Source: an uncultured archaeon
GTDB lineage: Archaea > Aenigmatarchaeota > Aenigmatarchaeia > GW2011-AR5
Assembly (NCBI GenBank): GCA_964373695.1
Contig: CAYJVT010000001.1
Coordinates: 37,773 to 101,772 of the forward strand
DNA length: 64,000 bases
Reading direction: 5' to 3'
Position 1 is the first letter of the stretch. Every line of letters begins with the position of its first letter. The notes below the pieces were generated by a model, which worked only from the letters and a program-made list of their open reading frames with translations, made no database searches and was not told where the DNA came from. Position numbers and translations under genes: made by a program. Of this stretch, positions 39,231 through 50,914 are shown piece by piece.

Positions 39231-40178
39231 ATGAAAAGGAAGAAAATCAGCGTCGTCATAACAACGTACAACAGGGCGCCGCAGCTTCTCAAATGTGTGA
39301 ATTCTGTCATTAACCAGAATTATCCCAGAAACATGTATGAAATAATAGTCGTGAACGACTGCTCGACAGACAGCACGAAAAGTGTGATGGATGGTATTTC
39401 GAGGAGCCATAAAAATATTCGTGTATTGTCGCACAGCGAAAATAGGGGCGAGGCCGGAGCCCGCAACACCGGAATAAAGGCCGCCGGAGGCGATGTAATA
39501 GCGTTTATTGACGACGACTGCATTGCCGGGAAGGGATGGCTCTCTTCCATTAACCATTCGTTTGGTAAGAACGTGGACGGAGTCGAGGGTAAAACATTCG
39601 CTGTGGGTGTTAAGGGGCCTTTTGACAATTATGTGGAGAATCTTCACGGCGGGAAATACATGACATGCAACATGTCGTACAGGGCACGGCTCATAAAGGG
39701 AATAAGATGCGATGAGCGCCTTCTATATGCAAACAGGGTGGACAGCGACCTCGCATTCTCCGTCATTGAAAATGGTGGGAAGATGGTTTTCAGCAAAGAA
39801 GCTTCCGTGGAGCATTCAATAACGCGCGGCTCCTTTTGCTCAAAGCTGCGCAGAAAGAAGTTCTTCATGAACGACGCCCTGCTCTATAAGAAGCATCCGG
39901 CTCTGTATAAGAGGGATATAAGATTCCCCTTCGAGAAATTCACGCCGTTTTACATGCTCTTTGCAGTAGCCTCGCTCATAAGCCCGCTTTTCCTCGCAGG
40001 GCTTTTCTTGGTGGCGGCGGCCGAGCTCGTTGACAGGGGATGGCGCGCCGGTCCCGCGGACTTCGTTAAATTTGCCGTTCTCCAGTCCGTCGGTTCCTTT
40101 GTAATAATAGCCTCCGTTTTATATGGGTGCTGGAAATACGGCTCTTCTCCGAGAATCCTCCTCCCTTTTAAATCTTGA
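39231..40178 (+). CDS. GT2 glycosyltransferase with C-terminal TM segments
   Basis: SVVITTYNR, VNDCSTD, GEAGARN.G, FIDDDC, TCNMSYR. Confidence 0.9.
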   Translation: MKRKKISVVITTYNRAPQLLKCVNSVINQNYPRNMYEIIVVNDCSTDSTKSVMDGISRSHKNIRVLSHSENRGEAGARNTGIKAAGGDVIAFIDDDCIAGKGWLSSINHSFGKNVDGVEGKTFAVGVKGPFDNYVENLHGGKYMTCNMSYRARLIKGIRCDERLLYANRVDSDLAFSVIENGGKMVFSKEASVEHSITRGSFCSKLRRKKFFMNDALLYKKHPALYKRDIRFPFEKFTPFYMLFAVASLISPLFLAGLFLVAAAELVDRGWRAGPADFVKFAVLQSVGSFVIIASVLYGCWKYGSSPRILLPFKS

Positions 40179-40193
40179 CTTTATAGGAAATAC

Positions 40194-41141
40194 ATGCGCG
40201 CCCTAATAACAGGCATCAGCGGCTTTGTAGGCTCACACCTGGCCGAGCATCTCATAGAAAATGGAGTTGAAGTATTCGGCAGCATAAGGTGGAGGAGCAG
40301 GCTGGACAACATAGTGCACATAAAAGACAGGATAAAGCTCATAGAAACAGACATGAGAGATTCGCACAGCGTTGTCGGTCTCATAAAGGACACAGAACCT
40401 GATTTGATATTTCATCTGGCTGCCCAGTCTTTCGTTCCGACAAGCTGGAACGCGCCCCAGGACACCATATACACCAACGTGATAGGGACGGTGAATCTTC
40501 TGGAGGCGGTGCGCTCGTCAAAGATCGACCCGAAGATACACATAGCAGGCAGCAGCGAGGAGTACGGGCTCGTAACCCAGGATGAGGTGCCGATAAAGGA
40601 GACCAACCAGCTGAGGCCGCTGAGCCCTTACGGCGTCAGCAAAGTGGCGGAGGAAATGCTTGGATTCCAGTACTTCCGCTCTTATTCTCTGAGGAGCGTT
40701 ATAACCCGCGCGTTCAACCATTCTGGCCCTAGAAGGGGGGACGTCTTCGTCGAGTCCAATTTCGCGAAGCAGATAGCTGACATAGAGAACGGGAAAGAGC
40801 CTGTCATATATGTGGGAAACCTGGAAGCCCAGCGGGACTTCACCGATGTCAGGGATGTTATAAAGGCTTATGTGATGGCGCTGGAAAAGTGCAGGCCAGG
40901 GGAGACGTACAACATATGCTCCGAGAAGGCCGTAAGAATAAAGGACATGCTGGATATGCTTCTTTCCATGTCCGGGAAGGAGATATCAGTCGAAAAGGAC
41001 GCAAAAAGGATGAGGCCTTCGGACGTCGACCTGCTCGTAGGCGACTGCTCAAAGTTCAGGAAAGCGACAGGATGGAAGCCCGAAATTCCCCTGAAAAAAA
41101 CGCTCGAAGACCTTCTGGACTACTGGCGGCAAAAGGCTTAA
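40194..41141 (+). CDS. GDP-mannose 4,6-dehydratase / GDP-4-keto-6-deoxymannose reductase (Gmd/Rmd-like SDR)
   Basis: ITGISGFVGSHL, HLAAQSFV..SW..P, SSEEYG, SPYGVSK, RAFNHSGPRRG..FV.S.FAKQIA, RDFTDVRDV. Confidence 0.85.
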   Translation: MRALITGISGFVGSHLAEHLIENGVEVFGSIRWRSRLDNIVHIKDRIKLIETDMRDSHSVVGLIKDTEPDLIFHLAAQSFVPTSWNAPQDTIYTNVIGTVNLLEAVRSSKIDPKIHIAGSSEEYGLVTQDEVPIKETNQLRPLSPYGVSKVAEEMLGFQYFRSYSLRSVITRAFNHSGPRRGDVFVESNFAKQIADIENGKEPVIYVGNLEAQRDFTDVRDVIKAYVMALEKCRPGETYNICSEKAVRIKDMLDMLLSMSGKEISVEKDAKRMRPSDVDLLVGDCSKFRKATGWKPEIPLKKTLEDLLDYWRQKA

Positions 41142-41155
41142 ATCGCTCCCATTTT

Positions 41156-41254
41156 TATAGTGAAACAAGAAAATAATACCGACATTATAGCTTGTTTCAC
41201 ATATAGTGCCCAATGATATAATATCCTTTTTATTTCATTGGAGCACTATATAAC
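41156..41254 (+). repeat. Double-hairpin intergenic element, copy 2
   Basis: Inverted repeats at 41160-41169/41191-41200 (perfect 10 bp) and 41202-41216/41235-41250 (1 bulge). Shares TATAGTGAA, TTCACATATAGTGC and TTGGAGCACTATAT with copy 1. Confidence 0.8.
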
Positions 41255-41260
41255 TATCAT

Positions 41261-43093
41261 ATGCTTAAATCTCGCGAAGTGATTCTGTCGGCATTGCTGT
41301 GCGCCGTGATATTTTCATTGCCTAATTTTCTTATGCCTGTCTTGAGGGGTGACGGCGCATATACCCCGCTTCTCGTGAAGGACGTCAATACATATGCAGT
41401 AGACCAGACCATGCTCTATGCTCCGGGCATAAGGGACGTGATGGACGGGCACCTCATCGCCAATGATCCGGCCATCTTTGAAAACAAGGACAGGCTGTCG
41501 TTTCTGGCGCCGCTCTTCCCGACTCTGTTTCTTGGGATTATGTCGGTGCTTGCTGGTTCCGTTCAGGCGACATTTATGCTGGGGAGCTTCGTATTTCCGT
41601 TCATAGCATTTATTCTGGTGTATTTCCTCTTCTACGAGGCCACGAAAAGCAGGAACGCCTCTTTGCTGTCGTCTTTCTGCGTTTCTCTGGGATTCAATTT
41701 CATAGCCAATATGCCGGTGACGGCGGAAACCATACGGTTTTACTTGGGGAGGCTTTTTCTGAATCCTATAGAGCCCATAAACTATCTTGGGAGGCTGCCG
41801 CACATACAGTTTACCTTCATCTTGCTGCTCCTTTCGCTGATATTCATCTACCTTACGCTTGAAAGGAAGAAGGTATCGTATGCAGCAGCAGGAGGCATAA
41901 TGCTTGGGGTGCTTTTCTATTCGTATTTCTATTACTGGACTGCGATATTGGCCGCGGTAGGGATTCTGTTCCTTGTTTCCATGGCGAAAAGGGACTTCAG
42001 AACAGCCGGAAACATGGTGGTGATATCCGTTGTGGGCGCTGTTCTGGCAGCGCCGTACATAGCGAATCTTTTTGTCATGGCATCATCAGAGAGTTATGCA
42101 GACATAGGGAGCAGGCTGGGGCTTGAGTCCGGATTTGAAGTGCTCCTGCCCGTGAAATACCTGGCCGTTTACCTGATATTCGCCGGGCTGACCAGAAAAA
42201 GGAATAATTTTTTCTGGCTTGTGTCGTCGGCTTTCATGGCCGGGATCGCCCTTATCATCATGCCTGTGCTGACGGGCTTCGGCATACAGAGCAGGCACTA
42301 CGACACGACTCTTCTGGCGCCGCTTTCTGCCATGGCTCTGGTTTACGCATTCAGGGAGCTCTCCATAGGCGACCATAAAAGGCCTGTTCTGTCGCAGATG
42401 TCCGATTTTATAAGGACCAATTCCAGGAATATAACGCTTGTGGTTGCGCTGTTTCTTGTCGTTGTCAGCTTCTACTCGCAAGCCGCTTACGCATTCAATG
42501 CTTACAGGGCTTTCGGGCTCAAAGGCGAATATAAAGAGGTTTACGACTGGCTTAACGAAAACACCGAAAAAGACAGCGTCGTTTTTACTATGAGCGTCGA
42601 GCAGAACTCCCTTATACCTGTCTATACGCACAACAATGTTTTTATTCCAAATGGATTCTTCTCTCCATATTCAGACGAGGAGATACTCGAGAGGCTTTTC
42701 ATTGTCTACAGGCTCTTCGGCGTGACACCGGAATACCTGGAGGGCCTTATGGAAAACGGGGATTCGGCAAGAAGGTACAACGGGATGCGGGAGAGGCTTG
42801 AGGAGTCCGACCAGGCCCTGTTTGAAAGCGCATACTGGAACCTTTACCCGTTCCACGAAAAGTTCATCAATGAAAGGATAATTCAGTCGGAACTCCTGGG
42901 GGAGATGGACAAAGCCGGGATATACAAGGCCATGCTCGACTACTACAGAAACTTCACGCCGGACATGGAGAAATACAGGATTGATTATATGATGGCCGGC
43001 GAATATGAAAGAAGCGTCTCCGATTTTGAGCCGCCGTCGGGGTTCAGGCTTCTGTGGTCGAATGAAAAGATTTCTATATACGGGAGGGAATGA
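41261..43093 (+). CDS. Polytopic membrane protein, probable GT-C fold; paralog of 5070..6803
   Basis: VDQTMLYA..IRD..DG...DP..FE.K, YLGRLPHIQFTF, YFYYWT, WLNENTEKDSVV...EQNSLIPVYTHNNVF. Confidence 0.65.
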   Translation: MLKSREVILSALLCAVIFSLPNFLMPVLRGDGAYTPLLVKDVNTYAVDQTMLYAPGIRDVMDGHLIANDPAIFENKDRLSFLAPLFPTLFLGIMSVLAGSVQATFMLGSFVFPFIAFILVYFLFYEATKSRNASLLSSFCVSLGFNFIANMPVTAETIRFYLGRLFLNPIEPINYLGRLPHIQFTFILLLLSLIFIYLTLERKKVSYAAAGGIMLGVLFYSYFYYWTAILAAVGILFLVSMAKRDFRTAGNMVVISVVGAVLAAPYIANLFVMASSESYADIGSRLGLESGFEVLLPVKYLAVYLIFAGLTRKRNNFFWLVSSAFMAGIALIIMPVLTGFGIQSRHYDTTLLAPLSAMALVYAFRELSIGDHKRPVLSQMSDFIRTNSRNITLVVALFLVVVSFYSQAAYAFNAYRAFGLKGEYKEVYDWLNENTEKDSVVFTMSVEQNSLIPVYTHNNVFIPNGFFSPYSDEEILERLFIVYRLFGVTPEYLEGLMENGDSARRYNGMRERLEESDQALFESAYWNLYPFHEKFINERIIQSELLGEMDKAGIYKAMLDYYRNFTPDMEKYRIDYMMAGEYERSVSDFEPPSGFRLLWSNEKISIYGRE

Positions 43094-44003
43094 AATGCCC
43101 GATTGTAATTTTGAGCCCCTCGTCTATTCCGGTCTTGGGTCTCCAGTCGAGAAGTTTTTTTGCCTTGGATATGTCCGGCCTTCTCCTCCGGGGGTCGTCC
43201 TGCGGCATCTCCGCGAAAACTATGTTCGAACTGCTCGAGGCGAGCTTCCTTATCTTCCGCGCGGCGTCTATTATCCTGCATTCATCGGGGTTTCCGAGGT
43301 TTATTGCAGTGCCGGCGACGTCTGCTTCCGACATCTTTATCAGGCCTTCTGTCATGTCGGCGGCATAGCAGAATGACCTCGTCTGTTTCCCGTTTCCGTA
43401 TACAACTATGTCTTCGTTTTTCAGTGCATTTGCTATAAACGACGGTATCGCCCGGCCGTCGTCCTTCTGCATCCTCGGCCCGTAGGTGTTGAATATGCGC
43501 GCTATTCTTGCGCTTGTATTCATCCTGTAATAGGACATACACAGCGCTTCACCGAATCTTTTTGATTCGTCATAACATGACCTCACGCCCAGAGGATTCA
43601 CGTTGCCCCAGTACCTCTCATTCTGTGGATGCTCCTTGGGGTCCCCGTAGACTTCGGATGTGGATGCAAATACCAATTTGGCATTGTGCTTTCTTGCGTT
43701 GTCAAGGAGGTTTTTTGTCCCGACAGAGTTTGCAAGCATGGTCTCTACCGGATATTTCTGGTAGTGCTTCGGGCTTGCCGGTGACGCAAGATGGAATGCG
43801 ACATCGAATTTCTTCAGGGATTTTACAGACGTGACGTCCTTGCGGACGAACCTGAACCGGCTGTTCTTTTCAAGGTTCCTTACGTTTTCCATGGAACCGG
43901 TAATCAGGCTGTCAATGCACATGACATCGTCGCCGCGCTGAAGAAGGGCGTCGCACAGCCACGAACCGAGGAATCCTGCGCCGCCGGTGACAATCGTTTT
44001 CAT
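43074..44003 (-). CDS. uxs: UDP-glucuronate decarboxylase (UDP-xylose synthase)
   Basis: GGAGFLGS, HLASPASP..Y...PVET, STSEVYGDP..HPQ.E.YWGNVNP.G.RSCYDESKR, RIFNTYGPRM...DGR. ATG at 44003 after a GGTGA RBS. Confidence 0.92.
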   Translation of the reverse strand: MKTIVTGGAGFLGSWLCDALLQRGDDVMCIDSLITGSMENVRNLEKNSRFRFVRKDVTSVKSLKKFDVAFHLASPASPKHYQKYPVETMLANSVGTKNLLDNARKHNAKLVFASTSEVYGDPKEHPQNERYWGNVNPLGVRSCYDESKRFGEALCMSYYRMNTSARIARIFNTYGPRMQKDDGRAIPSFIANALKNEDIVVYGNGKQTRSFCYAADMTEGLIKMSEADVAGTAINLGNPDECRIIDAARKIRKLASSSSNIVFAEMPQDDPRRRRPDISKAKKLLDWRPKTGIDEGLKITIGHFIPSRI

Positions 44004-44004
44004 C

Positions 44005-46048
<2,044 letters not shown>

Positions 46049-46052
<4 letters not shown>

Positions 46053-46981
46053 CCAGACGCCTCTTTCATCCATTCAGCCGCGCTCTCCACTATAGACCTT
46101 ATATCATGCCGCGGCTTCCATCCGAGAACTTTTCTGGCCCTCGTTTCATCTGCAAATACTTCGGGAGGGTCGCCCGGCATCCTCGGCAATATCCTGAGAC
46201 GTATGTCCTTTCCTGTGACCTCCTCGACAACCCTGACTATCTCCATGTTGGAAACGCCGGAGCCGTATCCTATGTTGTATGTCCCTGTCTTGTCCAGCGA
46301 AAGTATGTGCGCCTGCGCTATGTCCTCGACATGCACGTAGTCCCGTATGCACGTGCCGTCCCTTGTCGGGTAGTCGTTGCCGTATATGTCAAGCGCATGC
46401 CCGCCGAGAGCGGCGCCGAGCGCGTTGGATACGAGCCTTCCGGACATTTCGCCTGTGCCGCGGCTGGCTCCCGCGACGTTGAAATACCTGAGTATTGTGC
46501 ATTCGAATCCGCGCTGTTTTTCGTACCAGAGAAGTGTCTTTTCCGCCATGGCTTTCGTTTCGGCGTATACGCTTTCCGGACTTATTGGCGTTTCCTCCGT
46601 CACTGGCAGTCTTTTCGGGATGCCATAAACGGCGCACGACGACGAGAATATGATTTTTTTTATTCCGAAGTCATCCATCGAGCCGAGCAGGTTTACGGTC
46701 CCTGAAACATTGTTCACGAAGTAAGCTCCTGGCCGTTTCATTGAATCCCCGACATGCGCCAGCGCCGCCAGATGCATCACAGCATCTATGTCGCCTTTTC
46801 CCATAACATCGTCTATCTGGGATTTGTTCGTGATATCGCCTTTTACTATATTGACGCCTTTCGGAGGGGCGCGGCCTGATGAAAAATTGTCGAAGACTAT
46901 GGTGTCAAAGCCCTTCTCCTGAAGAACCGCATTGGTCACAGAGCCTATGTACCCTGCGCCTCCTGTTATAAGCACAGCCAT
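46049..46981 (-). CDS. galE: UDP-glucose 4-epimerase
   Basis: ITGGAGYIGS, HLAALA.VG.S, FSSS.AVYG, YA.TK, RYFNVAGA, GNDYPTRDGTCIRDYVHV.D. True start is the ATG at 46981; the track's extension to 47290 is spurious. Confidence 0.92.
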
Positions 46982-47034
46982 TTGTTCCTTATCGAATCGA
47001 CGTTTTAAAAGGAATCTTAGAACAATGCTTGAAA

Positions 47035-49683
47035 TTACTTTCCGGCGAGAAGGCTCTTTATGACCATCTTCGCGGCGCGCGGATAGTCCCTCTTCTTGGT
47101 GAACTTCAGGTTTGCCAGATAGAAAGCTTTTACCCTCTCGTCCGCCGGGTATTCGGGTGTGTCGAATACGGGCTTCGGCCTGGCGCCTATGTGGAACCCT
47201 TCCTTCCAGTCCCTCAGCATCCTCACGTTCGGGTCGGCCCTCACCTGGTTCCATACCTCTGTCCCTGGGTAGGGCACAAGTATTCCCCACGAAGCCGATT
47301 CAAGCCCGACCTTTTTCACGAATTCCATCGAGCGTTTGTCAGTCTCGTAGGTGCTTCCGACCAGACCAAGTATGAAGAATCCGTGGACCTTGAGGCCGGC
47401 TTTCTTTGCAATTGCTATGCCATGCTCCACGTCCTCGAGCTTCTCGCCCTTGTTTATCTTCCTGAATACCTCGGGGTCGCCGCTTTCCACCCCTATCGAC
47501 ACCGAGTAGCATCCGGCCTTCACCATGAGCTCGCACAGCTCGTCATCAAGCCTGTCCGCCCGTATGCCGTTGGGGCATGTCCATTTCATGTCCAGCCCTT
47601 CGTCGATGAAGAACCTGCATATGTCCTTTGCCCTGTCCATCAGGAGCGTGAAGTTGTCGTCAAGCACCTTGAATTCCGTGCATCCGTATTTCTCCTGGGC
47701 ATATCTCAGCTCATTCATTATGTTCTCGCCAGAGCGCGTCCTGAACTTCCTGCCTATTACTGTCGGGACATTACAGTTGTTCACAAGGAAGCCGTTTGCC
47801 GTGTAGGTGTGGTCTTCTTCTACTTCTATGTTATATACAATGCCGGTGAAATCCTCGGTATCAGCGCTTTCTACCGGGAAGTATACGGCATTTTCATCTC
47901 TTATCTCAATTTCTGTTCTTCCTGCATCCTCTGCAATTTCTATTCCAAAAATGCTCTCAGATAGTCTTTTCACATCCCTTTTTGACTTGAAACTAAGATG
48001 ATAATTGTAGCCGCAGGAGTCTATTTTCCTGCCGTTTATTTCGCTGCTACCAGCGTTGTTTTTCTGGAGGCTGGGCGAAAACCCTATTTTTTGGGCGATT
48101 ATGAAAAACTGGTAGGCGAGGGAATGCGATACAGTTGAAGCCTTTATCATCTTTTTGCCTTCATATCTGACTATTCCGCCATCTCCGAGTATCCAGCCCT
48201 TTAGAAGCCCTTCTAAAGTCACCGCGTCAGATTTCATTATGATTTCAGGTATTGATTTTTTGCCTGAACCTGAGCCAAAGAGCTTTTCGAAAAGCATTGA
48301 AATCGGGGCATTTGAAACATAAACTCTTGTTACACTATTTTGATTCACAATTAGTGGATCTAAATCAAAAATATTCTTTATCAGGTATTTTACATCTTCT
48401 ATGTATGCAATTTCATCATTTCTGAATGTCCATGATATTGTATAGCTATTTGGCCTTCTTTTGCTCTTTGTTACCGAACCCTCTGCCAGATAATATCCAA
48501 AAAGCCTGGACAAATCTTTTGTTATAGGTATTTTTGAAGGGATTCCTTTAGAGAGCGTAAATTTAGCTATGCCTTCCTTTTCATTAAATGAATTTTTTAC
48601 TCTCTTTTTCTCTTCAAAGACGTTATTCATTGCTGTATGGACAAAGCTTTTGCTAAGACCCGTCTTTGATGCTATTTGTCTTGTTGAAAATCCTTCTTTA
48701 TGCAACTGTACTGCAACTTTAATTTTTTCAAAGGGGATTTTTCTCGAATATTCGTATATTAATTCATGGTTGCCTATAACTTGCTTGACATCAATATATT
48801 CAGTATGTTCTGTATAGGGAATCTGGACAGCCATATAATCTCCTTTTTGAATTTCCTCTGCTCCAAGCTCCATCTTTATGCCGTTCCTAAGTACATGGAA
48901 TTTGTGATTTAGCGTGGCTTTTATGGTCGGCAGTTTTCGCGCTTTTATTTTGACTAATTTGCCGCTATAACTCCTTTCATAAGAGCGTATAACAGGCATC
49001 CATTTGCCGGAATGCGACAGAACCCTTATTCCGCGGCTTTCTTTCAGTTTTTCTATCTCTACCATACCTTTTTCCGTATGCACTAGCGTACCGCTTGGAA
49101 AGCAGTAGCTGCAAACGTAAGGACATCCCCTGCTTGTGACAAGCGGCCACTTGTCTATCTTGTGTATTTCGCCGTTGTAGTTCACCGAATCGAAGCTGTC
49201 GTAATCAGGGAACTCAAGCTCGTCAAGCTCCGATATCCACTTCCTCGCGCAGTTCTCCCTTACCTCGCCGCCTTCCCTGTAGAGTGCGCCGTCCACCTCG
49301 TTTGGCGGTTTTTCCATCAGCTCCTTGAAGGCCAGCTCGGCTTCGCCCTTTATCCCGACGTCAAATATCGGGTTTTCCTTCATGAAATTCATGCCGTCGA
49401 CCATTATGTGCGGCCCGCCGGCTATTATGACGGCTTTAGGGTTCAGTTTCTTTATCTTATCGGCCAGCCTTACGGACTCGTCGAGGGTGAAGGATTTTAT
49501 TGATATCCCCACATAGTCAGCGTCTTTTGCTATCTCCAGGCGTTTGTCCTCGTTCCCCTGCCTGTTGACAAAATCAACGACATTGACAGAATGGCCGGAC
49601 TTGGACAGATTCGTGGCTATGTAGGCTATTCCGTTGTTCAGGCCTTCCCATACGCCCTTTGGGTCTATGAAAACTATTCTCAT
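47035..49683 (-). CDS. B12-binding radical SAM protein containing an intein
   Basis: B12-binding domain (AGGPH...GEAE), TSRGCPYVCSY-[intein]-CNVPT, LDDNF, NGIRAD, GVESG, VPYPGT. Probable start at 49683 after GAAGTGA. Confidence 0.93.
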   Translation of the reverse strand: MRIVFIDPKGVWEGLNNGIAYIATNLSKSGHSVNVVDFVNRQGNEDKRLEIAKDADYVGISIKSFTLDESVRLADKIKKLNPKAVIIAGGPHIMVDGMNFMKENPIFDVGIKGEAELAFKELMEKPPNEVDGALYREGGEVRENCARKWISELDELEFPDYDSFDSVNYNGEIHKIDKWPLVTSRGCPYVCSYCFPSGTLVHTEKGMVEIEKLKESRGIRVLSHSGKWMPVIRSYERSYSGKLVKIKARKLPTIKATLNHKFHVLRNGIKMELGAEEIQKGDYMAVQIPYTEHTEYIDVKQVIGNHELIYEYSRKIPFEKIKVAVQLHKEGFSTRQIASKTGLSKSFVHTAMNNVFEEKKRVKNSFNEKEGIAKFTLSKGIPSKIPITKDLSRLFGYYLAEGSVTKSKRRPNSYTISWTFRNDEIAYIEDVKYLIKNIFDLDPLIVNQNSVTRVYVSNAPISMLFEKLFGSGSGKKSIPEIIMKSDAVTLEGLLKGWILGDGGIVRYEGKKMIKASTVSHSLAYQFFIIAQKIGFSPSLQKNNAGSSEINGRKIDSCGYNYHLSFKSKRDVKRLSESIFGIEIAEDAGRTEIEIRDENAVYFPVESADTEDFTGIVYNIEVEEDHTYTANGFLVNNCNVPTVIGRKFRTRSGENIMNELRYAQEKYGCTEFKVLDDNFTLLMDRAKDICRFFIDEGLDMKWTCPNGIRADRLDDELCELMVKAGCYSVSIGVESGDPEVFRKINKGEKLEDVEHGIAIAKKAGLKVHGFFILGLVGSTYETDKRSMEFVKKVGLESASWGILVPYPGTEVWNQVRADPNVRMLRDWKEGFHIGARPKPVFDTPEYPADERVKAFYLANLKFTKKRDYPRAAKMVIKSLLAGK
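47776..49104 (-). mobile_element. Intein (443 aa) with LAGLIDADG homing endonuclease and an HTH-like insert
   Basis: Block A CFPSGTLV, block B KATLNHKF, LAGLIDADG motifs FGYYLAEGSV and KGWILGDGG, block F VYNIEVEEDHTYTANGF, terminal VNN followed by extein Cys. Visibly more AT-rich than the flanking exteins. Confidence 0.95.
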
Positions 49684-49816
49684 TGGAATCACTTCATTCA
49701 AAGATTTATAAAAGTTATAAAAGGTCTTTATATATGTTTTTTCATTTTGTCTTATAAAGCCGTTTTGGTACGTTTTTTCCCCTTAGAACGGTTAAAAGCT
49801 TGATTCATTATTTCAT

Positions 49817-50914
49817 ATGATGAAGGTCGCACTCTGTACCGAAACCGTCTACCCCATATACGGGGTCGAGCGCCGCGTCTACGAGATGGCGAAACGCCTG
49901 CCCAAGCATGGTATAGAGCCCGTTCTCATAACGTCCTTGGGAAAGGAGTACGACCATGGCATAAGGACGGTAAAGGCCAGCGACCCTACGATATCAATAC
50001 CTCCGAAAAGGTTATACGGAAACTGCATCAGATATTCCGTAAACACAATGAGATTTGCCCTTGAGGGGTACGACATCATAGACGCCAACGGCCACTTGTC
50101 CTTGTTACCGTGCTTCATGGCATCAAAACTGTCGGGCAGGCCTGCCGTGGCCACCATACATGATGTTTACGGCAGCAGCTGGAAGTCGATGTACAAGAGC
50201 CCGCTGTCCTTCGCTGGAAAATACGCCGAGCGCTTCCTGTGCAAGCTGCCTTACCGGAAGCTTGTGCTTCTAAACAACACGACGAAAAAGCGCCTTATTT
50301 CTATGGGAGTGCCGGAAGAGCGTATTTCGGTTATCTACAGCGGCATAGACACCAAAAAGATAGATTCGGTGAAATCCGGCAGGAAGTCTGGCGATCGTGT
50401 GTTATATGTCGGCCGCCTCGCTCCGCAGAAAAACCTTGACATCCTCATCAGGGCCTTTTCGATGCTGAATAACAAGGCCTCGCTGAGGATAGTTGGAGAT
50501 GGAAGCGAATCTGGAAGGCTAAGGTCGCTTTCGAACTCTCTTGGGATTGACGTCGAGTTCGTCGGGAAGGTTTCCAACGAACGAGCGATAAGGGAAATGA
50601 AGGAGGCCTCTATACTTGCACTTACATCGTCAAGGGAGAATTTCGGCATAGTGCCGCTTGAGGCTATGAGGTGCGGCGCCGTTGTGGTGTCGACAAGGAC
50701 GGAAGGGCCGGTGGATTACATAAGGGATGGGAAGAACGGGTTCCTGGCCAACATAGGGGATGTGAAACGTGTAGCAGACAAGATGGACCTCCTGCTTTCC
50801 GACAAAGGCCTCATGTCAAGGATGAGAAGGAACGGGTTCAGGACGTCATCTGAATTCGACTGGGACAAAATAGTCGGCGAAATAGCGCATCTTTACAGGG
50901 AAATACTAGGATGA
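49817..50914 (+). CDS. GT4 glycosyltransferase
   Basis: YGVERRVYE, HDVY, YVGRL.PQKN, RENFGIVPLEAM.CG. Confidence 0.92.
   Translation: MMKVALCTETVYPIYGVERRVYEMAKRLPKHGIEPVLITSLGKEYDHGIRTVKASDPTISIPPKRLYGNCIRYSVNTMRFALEGYDIIDANGHLSLLPCFMASKLSGRPAVATIHDVYGSSWKSMYKSPLSFAGKYAERFLCKLPYRKLVLLNNTTKKRLISMGVPEERISVIYSGIDTKKIDSVKSGRKSGDRVLYVGRLAPQKNLDILIRAFSMLNNKASLRIVGDGSESGRLRSLSNSLGIDVEFVGKVSNERAIREMKEASILALTSSRENFGIVPLEAMRCGAVVVSTRTEGPVDYIRDGKNGFLANIGDVKRVADKMDLLLSDKGLMSRMRRNGFRTSSEFDWDKIVGEIAHLYREILG

Noticed and set aside
37069-41254. Integron attC sites
   Set aside because: The bulged hairpins are similar, but the ends do not fit RYYYAAC...GTTRRRY, there are only two copies in opposite orientation, and no integrase is present.
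46982-47290. N-terminal extension of galE given by the ORF track
   Set aside because: It overlaps the radical SAM gene in another frame and crosses an AT-rich promoter-like gap. The Rossmann motif starts right after the ATG at 46981.
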